From: the human T2T-CHM13v2.0 reference genome, Homo sapiens
Direction: 5' to 3' (one strand)
DNA: 64,000 bases
NCBI RefSeq assembly: GCF_009914755.1
Contig: NC_060925.1
Shown: positions 49,560 to 64,000 of the stretch, piece by piece
Position numbering within the stretch: position 1 is the stretch's first letter
How the letters are laid out: each line of letters starts with the position of its first letter
Made by a program: the position numbers and the translations under genes
Notes under the pieces: generated by a model
What the model saw: the letters and a program-made list of their open reading frames with translations, nothing else
Database searches by the model: none
What the model was told of the DNA's origin: nothing

Positions 49560-50185
49560 CATTATCCTTCAGGGAAATGTAAATCAAAATCGTATTTGAT
49601 GTAGTGCTTCATACATACCAGGATGGTTATAATAAAAGGCAGACATAACAATAAGTATTGGTGAGGATTTAGAGAAATTAGAAACCCCATCCACTGTTTT
49701 TAGTAATGTAAAACAGTGCCACTGCTTTGAAAACTGTCTGGAAGTTCTTTAAAAAGTTAAACATAGATTTACCATATGATCCAACACTTCTTTTCCTAGC
49801 TGTACACCCAGGATATATAAAAATATTTGTCTACCAAAAATTCGTACATAAATTTTTATAGGAGCATTATTCATAAAAAGTTAAAATAACCAAAATGTCT
49901 ATCGAGTGATAAATGGGTTAATAAAATCTGGTATATCTATATGATGGAAATTATTTAGCAGTAGGAAGGAATGAAGTACTGATACATGCTGTCATGTTGA
50001 TGAAACTTGAAAACATTATATCAAGTGAGAGACGCTAGACATACCCGGCACATATTATATGATTTCCTTTATATGAAACATCCAGAATAGCAATATCCAA
50101 AAACACAGAAACAGATTAGTGGTTGTTTAGAGCTACAAAATTGGGGGCAAATAGGGAGTGACTGCTATTTTTTGGGACTGGATAA
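49560..50185 (+). mobile_element. Old L1M 3' region abutting the truncated OR
   Basis: GGAAATGTAAATCAAAA, AAAGTTAAACATAGATTTACCATATGATCCA, GGAATGAAGTACTGATACATGC. Confidence 0.85.
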
Positions 50186-51036
<851 letters not shown>

Positions 51037-51199
51037 AAGTAATAAAACAAATTTTATTACAAAAATTTAAGAACATGCAGAAAGCTATAAATAATTCAGT
51101 CATCTGCAGAATCAGTCAATACTACCTTTCAGTGTATTTCATTGTAGTTTTTTTTGTTTTACGTAAATCTTGATCTCTATAGCTTTAAAATATTAACAA

Positions 51200-54885
<3,686 letters not shown>

Positions 54886-55918
54886 ACAAAAAGTTATGAG
54901 CTTCATTTCTTAGGGATGCATTGTATTTCATTATATGAAATAAACTTCATATCTCCTTTTTGGTTAAACATTCAGGTTGTCTCCATTCCCTATGAATGCT
55001 GTAATTTCGCACATAAATGTGAGCATCTCTGATTATCTCTTCAGAATAAAAATTTAAGACTCTGTTTTGAAATATACTAATTTTTAAAAATCACTTGGGT
55101 CATTTATCTTTTCAGAGTTTAAAAGGTATAACAATTTTAAACATATGTACTTAGATATGTTACCTTATTAAATTGTATTAATCCAAGATTTATCCTCAGC
55201 CCAACATTACATATTTCTTGAAAAAAATTGATAGAATTACCCACTTTCTATTAAGCTATCCATTCTAATAAGCTCACAACCATTTTTATGAACTGTAATT
55301 TTCTCATCTTTTTCAATCTTAGAGAGGAGGTGATATGTTGGAAAGAGTGGGCTCTTGAATCAGATAGATGGGGATTTTTAAATCCTACTTCTACTGCTTA
55401 CTAGGTGTAGATGGTGGATAAGTTAGCTGACTTCCTGGTTCTTCAGTTTGTTCATTGTATTCTGATATTATTCATGCCTATATCAGAGTTGTTGGAAGAA
55501 GTAATGTGATATAAAATAAATAATGTACCTGGTACTTCAGAGGTATTCAATCAACTGAAGCTGTCAATGCTATTATTTTGTAGTCCATGTAAAATATTTC
55601 AGGATAAAATATTTTGTTCGACTCTACCTTCCAAATTTTACAAATACTGTCATTTCTCACCACCATCACTAGTGATACCCCAGTCCAAGTCACCATTTTG
55701 TCTTGCCCAGACTCCTGCAACAGACATGAACAGGGACTTCACAAAATAATATATTTAAATGCCAATAACTTAGGAAAAGATGCATCAACATCAGGTAAAT
55801 GCAAATTTAAACAATGTGAAATAGGAGCACTTAGGATATCCTTACCTCATTCCTGATCTCAGGGGAAAGCATTCAGTATTTTACTATTTTACTAGCTGTA
55901 GAGTTCTGTTCAGATGTT

Positions 55919-56730
55919 ATTTTATTTTATTTTTTAAGTTTAACTTTTATTTTAAGTTCAGGGATACATGTGCAGGTTTGTTACATAGGTAAACTTGTGT
56001 CATGGGGGCTTGTTGTAGAGAGTATTTTGTCACCCAGGTATTAAGCCTAGTATCCTTTAGTACGGATCCTCTTTTTTCCTGATCTTCTTTCTCTTCCCAC
56101 CCTCCACTCTCCAGTAGGCCCCAGTGTCTGTTGTTCCCATCTATGTGTCCATGTGTCCTCATCATTTAGCTCTCACTTAGAAGTGAGAACATGTGGTATT
56201 TGGTTTTCTGTTCCTGTGTTAGTTTGCTAAGGATAATGGCCTCCAGCTCCATCCATGTTCCTGCAAAGAACATGATCTCATTCTTTTTATAGTTTCATAG
56301 TATTCCATGGTGAATATGGATCACATTTTCTTTATGCAGTCTATTATTGATGGGCATTTAGGTTGATTTTATGTCTTTGCTATTGTGAATAGTGCTGCAA
56401 TGAACATATGCATGCATGTGTCTTTATAATATAATGATTTCTATTCCTTTGGGTATATACCCAGTAATGGGATTGCTGGGTTAAATGGTATTTCTGTTTT
56501 ATATGCGGCCAACAACCATGAAAAAAAGGCTCGACATCCCTAATCATTAGAGAAATGCAAACCAAAACCACAGTGAGATACCATCTCACACCAGTCAGAA
56601 TGGCTGTTATTAAAAAGTCAAAAAATAACAGATGCTGGCAAGGTTGTAGAGAAAAACAAACACTATTGGTGGGATTGTAAATTAATTCATCCATTGTGGA
56701 AGACAGTGTGGCGATTCCTCAAAGACCTAG
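55919..56730 (-). mobile_element. Old L1PA 3' end with 5' inversion (twin priming)
   Basis: Antisense 3' segment 55919-56500 joined to sense segment 56501-56730, whose end is consensus-adjacent to 56500. TSD AGATGTT. Confidence 0.85.
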
Positions 56731-58699
56731 ATGTTCCTTAAAAGTTAAAGAAGTTACTATCTATCTCTTCTTTACTAAGAGTTTTTATCGTGAATAGGTA
56801 TTAAATTTTGTTAAGTGATTTTTCTGGATCTTTTGAGATGTATTTTCTTATAATCCTACTTCTGGGACTCAACTTGTGTATGTGTTAGATATTGTACAAT
56901 AGCTGTCTGATACTCTGGGATTTTCTTTTTTTTTTTTTTTACTATTATTTGTCTTTGTGTTTTGGTCTGATGATTTCTTTAACATATTTTCAAGTTTACT
57001 GATTCTTTTTTTAGCTGATGAACCCATAAAAGGTGTTCATCTTTATTTCTGTTTTTTTTTTATTATTTTAGCATTTTCATTTGATCTTTCTCATTGTTTC
57101 CATCTCTCTGCTGAAATTACCTGTCTGATCTTGCATGTTGCTTACTTTTCCTCCACATTCCTTAACCTGTTAATCATAGTAATTTAAAATTCCCTGTCTC
57201 ATAGTTTTCATCTCTCTTTAACATCTTAGTCTGGTCTGATGTTTGCTTTGTCTCTTCAGACTGTTATTTTCTTACCTTTTTGTATGCTTCATAACTTTTT
57301 GCTGAAATTACAAATGTTATATAGGACAGTAGAGAATTAGGTAAAAACATTTTTTTTTTTCGCTTAGAGATGAGTATGTCTCTTCTTCTGCTAGACCTCT
57401 AATGTTGGAGCATGTGCTAATCTAGTCAGGGGGTGGGCTGAATTTGGAGTTTGTGTTGAGGTGTTTACCCTCAGTGCGCTGCAGACTTCAAATTTCTCCA
57501 GTGATACCTTGTGCTTAGGCCATAGGAAAGTTTGCCAGAGGTTTTTGTTTGTTTTAATTTCTACTCCCTGCTTGTCTTTGGGTCTTCCCTTCACATGGCT
57601 AACCCCAGAGATAACACTTTTCTTAAACATTTCGAGATGTATTCCACTATTAATTTTACTCATCGCTTGTTAGCCTGGCTACCAGGGAGGAGGGGGAAGG
57701 TGTTCTGTTGTGTTCTGGGTAAGCGTCAGTCTTAGGTATTGTGACTGGGCCTTGGGGCATGATTTTCACAGTGATCCTGCCCTTCTTCCAGCTGTAGTGT
57801 GGGCCTAGCACTCATTTCTGCCCCTCCCTGATGGGTCAGACTTTTTGGTCCCTGTCCCTTTCCCAGCTAGAATGAGTTTCCACAGTGTCCTGAGGTGACA
57901 GCTTTCTGGTTTTGCTCTGCGGATTGTGGCTTTTGTTCTGCAGGAAAAATATGGGAAATGGGTCACGGAGAAGTTTTGGCAGTGACTGCTCCTCCCCCAC
58001 CCTTCCCACACTGCAGCATTAGGGAAGCTTTCTCAGAATACTGCTTGGTCTTCACTGTGAGCATCTGGAGGAGTTCATGGTGGAAAAGCAAAAGGGTGCA
58101 AACCTTATGTCTGTGGCCCCCAGGGACTTTGCTCACTCCTTAGCAATTAATTAAATTCACAAAAAAGCTATGAGTCTTCTTACCAGTTCTATGGCATCTG
58201 ATGGCTACTACCTCGGGTTACAAAATGTTTAGGCCGTTTCTCCCTACATGCTTCTAATCTCCCCAGTTTTCTATTTAGTCATTTGCCTTGCAATCTCACT
58301 TCCCTGATGGGTTCAAGAAAAGTCATGAATTCACATTATGTCCAGCTTTGTTGCTATAATGCTGGGAGCAACATTCTTCCAGCTATCTAAACCTACGAGT
58401 CAAAACTGGAAATCAATTCAGCCTCTTTTGAAAATTATTTGGCAGTTTCAAAGAGTCAAACATAGTTACTCTGTGATTCAGAAATTCCACTTCTAGGTAT
58501 ATACCCAAGAAAAGTAAGTGTATATGCATACAAAATGACTTGTATAAAACTGTTCAAAACAAATTTCTTCATAAAGCACAAACTAGAAATCAGTGGTATG
58601 CTTATCAATAGGAGAATGGATACAAAAGTATGGTATATACATATGGAAATACTATATGGTTAATTAAAATATTGATACATCTGAAAACATTGATAAATC

Positions 58700-59339
58700 T
58701 GTGATCTAAGACACCAAAATAGATGCCCCTTTATCAATTAGGATGACCCAAGGGTTAGGAAAACAAAGTTAGTTTCCTTACTAGTCAAGCTCTGGGCCTG
58801 GCTGGCCTCACAAATTTCTAAATTCTTACAGCTAAACTCTCTAACAAATCAGAGCAATCAGCTCTGACTTACAGCCCAGACCACTACAACTCCGATTGGA
58901 TAGAAAACTGGCCTTAACAAACGTTCTTCTCTGATAAGCAATTGCAGGCCCAAAGCCAATTTCACCCAGCTTATAGAGGCTGCACACAGACTGCCTTTGT
59001 GCCCTACAGTTTACCTTTCGATGTAGAGTCAAATTTCATCTCATTTTAATGCTAAAGCCCTGCCCCCAAAGTGAACATGGGGTGTATGTTGCATGTATAT
59101 TTATCCATTATGCATGCACTCAAGTCCCATCATAAATATGTATAACTTTTCTTCCAAACCTGCTGAATATCTATGACAGAGGCCCTGTAAGGCATAAAAC
59201 CCAACCTGTCCCTACCCTCTTTGGAGAGAGAGACCTTCAGTCCACGATGGAGACTTTCTCTTCCCAGCTTGCAAACAATTACTACCAATAAAGCTCTCCT
59301 TTCTACTGTTTAGTCATCCTGGTGGTGTTTTGGATAGCA
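58700..59339 (+). mobile_element. ERV1-class solo LTR (MER34/39 group, tentative)
   Basis: TG..CA termini, CATAAAA TATA-like box, CCAATAAAGCTCTCC polyA signal. Inserted in an L1M. Confidence 0.7.
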
Positions 59340-59463
59340 AACCTAAAATATATTCTTTTAAATGAAAGAAGTTAGACATAAAAGAATTTGTACTGTAGTT
59401 TCTATTTAAAGGAAGTTCAAAAATAGGCAAAATTAATCTCTGGTGATAAAGCAAGCATAGTAG

Positions 59464-60281
59464 TGTTAACACGAAAACCAAACTCTCTAAAATACGTAAG
59501 GAGGTTTATTTTGAGCCCATATGAGTGACCATGGGCCAGGGATTGTAGGTAAAATCATAAATCAATACATGAAAGATGTACTGGTTCAGCCTAAAGAGGC
59601 AGGATATCTTGAAGTTGGGGCTTATAGGTAATAGGTGGATTCAAAGAGTTTCTAATTGGTAATTGGTTGAAAGAGGTAAGTTTTGACTGAAGACTTGAAG
59701 ACAGTAGAAAGAAATGCTTGAGTTAAGGGGGAGGGGCTTTGTGGAGACCAAGGTTCTTGTTATATAGATGAAGCCTCCAGGCAGCAGCATTCAGAGAGAA
59801 TAGATGGCAAATGTCTCTTTTCAGACCTTAAAAGGTGTCAGACTCTTAATTAATCTTTCCTAGATCCATGAAAGGCCTGGCTGCGGTAATGGAGATTCTC
59901 TAAGAATGCATTTTTTTCCCCACAAAAGATGGCTTTGCAGGGTCATTTCAAAATATTTCAAAGAAATATATTTTGCAGTAAAATATTTTGATTTCCTTCA
60001 GGGACTGTTATCTGTCACATGATGCTGTCCCAGAGTCATGTTGGAATTTGGTATCTTATAGCAATAAAGAGTCTATTTTGTCAGTCTTATGATCTCCATC
60101 TTAATGATAATGCTGGTCAGTTGTGCCTAAACTCCAAAAAGGAGGGAGTATAATGAGATGTGTCCAACCTCCCTTCCCATAATGGCTGGGAATTCAGTTT
60201 TTCATGTTCTATGGGATCCCCTTGGCCCAGAGGGTGTCTGTTCAGTTGGTTGGGGACTTAGGATTTTGTTTTTGGTTTATA
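59464..60281 (-). mobile_element. MER4-family ERV1 solo LTR
   Basis: Reverse complement begins T(A)TAAACCAAAAACAAAATCCTAAGTCCCCAACCAACTGAA, the MER4-type start. Internal GGAATTTGGTATCTTAT. Confidence 0.8.
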
Positions 60282-61622
60282 GTAATTACCCTTCTGAATG
60301 ACATTGTTTGAAAAGGAGCCTGAAGAAATTTTCTAAACTGACAGAAATGTTCTATATCTTCATTTGGGTAGTGGTTACATTGTTGCATATATAGGTAAAA
60401 ATTCATCAGCTTGTACACTGAAGATTTTTGCATTTTACTATATGTTAAATAGAATTCACTTTTTAAAAATAAAATAAGGAGGAAGATAAAAGCAAGAGGT
60501 GTTTTTCACACAATGATTATTTTAGGATTGGTCAGACCTAAGTCCAGTAAATTACGGGACCTCCTAAATATTTTTCCCTTTTTCTCATCTTTCTACTTCC
60601 TCTCTACCAGAATTATAGTTCAATACTTTATCACCTTTTATCTGAGTTATTGCAACTGCCTTTAAATTGTTTCCCTGCCTACAGCCTTGCCCCTTCATGC
60701 ATATGCAAATACAATTCATTCTCCTCATAATGATTAATTTGGGAGAGTCAGCCTGGTTGGTGGTCCTATGAACCCTGGAACACAGATGAAAAGCCATGCT
60801 CACAATGTGTGTGTGTGTGTGTGTGTGGATGTGTGTTTTATTGTGGAGGTAAGCATGTGTGAAAACTCTTTTCCATAAGCAAAAAGATGGCAGGTCAGCA
60901 TCCCAGGCAATATTGGTGGCAGAAATTTCAAATAAAATAGGCATCTGTCCAGCCAAGGGCAAGAAAACTCAAAAGACTCATGTTGTTCTCATGTTTGTAG
61001 GAGAAAGCATCCAGTAGGCCTCAAGATCCTAGTGAACTTTGCTGAGAGCTTTGTTTCTATTAGAGGAAGGAAAACTGCAGAGTTCTGAGCTTTGCTGGCA
61101 ACCCCGTCACCTACAGCTGTGTCCCCAGTCCCTGGAGATTTCTGCTAGTTGCAGAGAGCTAGTAGGTCAGCCCTGGGTGGTTCCACCAAACCCCATGACT
61201 AATCCTAAAGAGCCTGATTATTTTCATTTCAAGCACAAGCTCATTAGCTACCCCAGAAGAGGTAGCAGAGAATCAGCTGCCTTTGGGGAATAACACTGAG
61301 ATGTGAGGGCTATGTCAGGTCTGCCCTCTGAGCAAAGTCCTTAGAAAAAAAACAGCTGAGTAGTCCTTCAACAGGGGCTTCAGAAAATAATCCCTCCCCT
61401 CATGAGGCAGCAGGAAGCCAGGCTTTGGTGTGAGAATGGACCAGGATGACTGCAGAGTATCAGTGATGGCCCGTAAATTACATTTTAGGTAAGGGCAGAT
61501 TAGAAGCAGGGAGTATATGGAGGTAGATGCCTGGGTTTTAGAAAATCAGTAGCTCTGAGAAACTGATAAGAATCTACAGATCCAGAAATGCATGTGTACC
61601 CATGCACAGAATCTTCAATGTG

Positions 61623-61992
61623 CAGATGGTGCCTGACGTATAATGGCTTGATTCAGAATTTTTCGACTTTGTGATGGCGCAAAAGCTGTATGCATTCAGT
61701 AAAAACCATATTTTGTGTACCCATACATACAGCCATTCTGTTTTTCACTTTCAGTACAGTGTTCAATAAATTACATGAGATATTCAGCACTTTATTATAG
61801 AATAAGCTTTGTGTTAGATGATTTTACTCAACTGTAAGCTAATGTAAGTGTTCCGAGCATGTTTAAGGTAGGCTAGGCTAAGCTATGATGTTCAGTAGGT
61901 TAGGTATGTTAAATGCATGTTTGACTTACGGTATTTACTGCTTTTGAGGGGTTTATTGGGATGTAACCCCATTATAAGTCGAGGAGTATCTG
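61623..61992 (-). mobile_element. MER47/Tigger5-type non-autonomous DNA transposon
   Basis: TIRs CAGATGGTGCCTGAC and GTCGAGGAGTATCTG, TG on both flanks. Confidence 0.8.
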
Positions 61993-63893
61993 TGATTTCA
62001 AAGGGGTCATATAATAAGTCCCTTATAGTCCATGTTCCTCAGGTTAAAACGTCTTTGTTTAGTTCAAGAGAGTAGTTTGAGAGCTAAAACCAGATCAAGT
62101 AAAATGGTCTGTAATTGAAGATGTACAGACGTAAAGATGGCTTTGGAGCTTGGAGAAAACCACTAAAGCAATAGTTTGTGGAAAAGGGGCCAAGTTTGAA
62201 GCACATTAAAGTCTATGGGTGGTGACGACACCAAATCAGTTTGGGCAGCCTGAGTGGATGGTGGGATCATTAATTAAAACAGGAAATAAATGAGGTGCAA
62301 CAGTTTTGGGATAGAAGATAGTGGAGATTTAAGTAATGTTGAGTGTTAGGTACCTATGGGATATCCATGTGGAGAGTCTCAACAGGCAGTCAAAAATCCA
62401 GGACTTGTCCTCAGGAGACAGGATATACCTATTCTAGGTATAGATTTGAGAGTCATTGCCTTAAAGGTGTCATTGCCTTAAAGGCTGTTGAAGCCATAGA
62501 TGTACATGGAATCCACCAAGGAGAATAATGGAGTGAGAAGAGAGGGCTAAGGTGGGACTTGTGATCCTTGAAGTTTATAGGAAGTATGGTGTAAGATGCA
62601 TCCAAGAAGTAGGTTTACTGATACTCAGCACTTCTCTAGGTTAGCTGTAGGCATTGCTTAACAGTAAAGCAACATTCTGTTCGGGCTGGGAATCTGCATG
62701 TCCTCTCAGAAAATTTGTATGTAATGTGTGTACTATTGTTTGTTTTCTCCATCAATTACACGGTGACATGCATTTAACTCATGATATGGAAAAGGTTGAC
62801 ACAACAATCTCTTTTATAGGGAGATGTCTAGATTTATTCATAGAAAGAAATAAAATTCTTCATGAAAGGTAGCCACACAAAAAGAAAACAAGGACTGATC
62901 TGTGTATAACCAAATTGTAAAAGTGATTTTTAAATGTTTAGGGATTTTTAAAAATATGGTTTCTGAAGCTGCACACACTGCTTATTTTACATGTTTTAAA
63001 TATGACTTGAAGCCCATTCCTGAGAAACATACTCGTAGAATATAATATATATATTATGTAGAATCAGAACTGTACTAAACTTTTTTCTTCTGATTGGCTA
63101 GTCTTTTTGTGGGCCAGGAGGATGAGTGAGGAGTGATGTCTATTTTATTTTCCATATTTTTCATGCTCATACTGTTTGCATAGGACAACAATGGTGAATT
63201 ATCACCATCATCATCATCATCAAAATCCATTATTAACAAGTGCCACTTATACATAATAGCTTATGTGATACTCTAGATTCTTGCCTCTTGGGATTTATAC
63301 ATACTGTATATGAATAGGCAACCTCAATCTCAAACCCTCTGCCTTATAGTAATGATCTTTTTTCCCACTGATGAGTGAGGATAGATTTCATAGGAAAAAT
63401 AGATGGAGAATAAGTTTTCTTTGACTGATTCTATACACAAAATTGTCTAGCTTGAAAGAAATCTTGCTGAATTTAGTTTAAAGGAAGTGTTTTTCTTTAA
63501 AGATGAAGATAGCTTTATGATAACCTATCCAATCAAAAAACAAAACAAAACAAAACTCAATGAGTTACTTTGAAAAGAAACAACATTTTTACATACCTCA
63601 ATTCAATTGGGATTTTTCAAACTAAATAATAAATAGAAATACACATTATATAATAAAAGCTAACCTTTAGGGAATGTTTTGTTGACTAACCTTAGTAATT
63701 TACTCTCTTAAAGGAAACAGGATGGGCATAAAATAAACCAGGGTAGTTGATGTAATTATGAAAATCCTGGGAACACATAAGAAAAACAGCATATCTATTC
63801 TTATTTGATTTCAGTAATACAAGGCAATAATTAAAAAATTTAAATCTAATTTTCATGTAGCCTAGTAAATTGCCTATATACTTAAAACATGGA

Positions 63894-63962
63894 CACACAC
63901 ACAGACACACACACACACACACACACACAAACAAACACTGTCTCTCTTTCTCTCTCTCTCTC
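63894..63962. repeat. (CA)n and (CT)n microsatellite
   Basis: Read directly. The paralogous position ~43037-43076 is also CA-rich. Confidence 0.9.
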
Positions 63963-64000
63963 AACAATTAATAATAGCATTCAGGAGAATTTTTCTAATA

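Larger units (their letters stand above)
61413..64000. repeat. Ancient paralogous block (unit 3), upstream of the 50 kb OR pseudogene
   Basis: Colinear with 39568-43110 after removing unit-specific insertions. Lacks the equivalent of ~42360-42825. Confidence 0.9.

Noticed and set aside
62453-62484. Short GTCATTGCCTTAAAGG tandem repeat
   Set aside because: Ordinary small slippage duplication inside an L2 relic.

Overview
Primate, almost certainly human, non-coding DNA with no intact protein-coding gene. Most of the window is retroelement and DNA-transposon relics: 16 Alus, a ~7.2 kb full-length old L1PA, four truncated L1PAs, many L1M/L2/MIR pieces, several solo LTRs, a near-full-length Tigger1 and a MER47. 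Two truncated olfactory receptor (OR) pseudogenes lie on the minus strand (~13.7-14.0 kb and ~50.2-50.7 kb). From memory, their sequence type and ~36.5 kb spacing fit OR13Z2P and OR13Z3P inside the LINC00624 region of 1q21; I did not verify this. Read through the repeats, the window is three ancient tandem paralogous units (homologous blocks at ~18-23 kb, ~39.6-43.1 kb and ~61.4-64 kb). Only two units keep an OR coding remnant, so the middle one looks like the orphaned upstream region of a deleted third OR. Other signals: a possible decayed Gypsy-type gag relic (~48.5-49.0 kb), several template-switch repair scars, three perfect 72-104 bp tandem duplications, an older L1 carrying the L1HS-Ta 'ACA' diagnostic, and divergent CTCF-like motifs. 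I found no convincing evidence of a new functional system. The findings are evolutionary and structural hypotheses from by-eye alignment.
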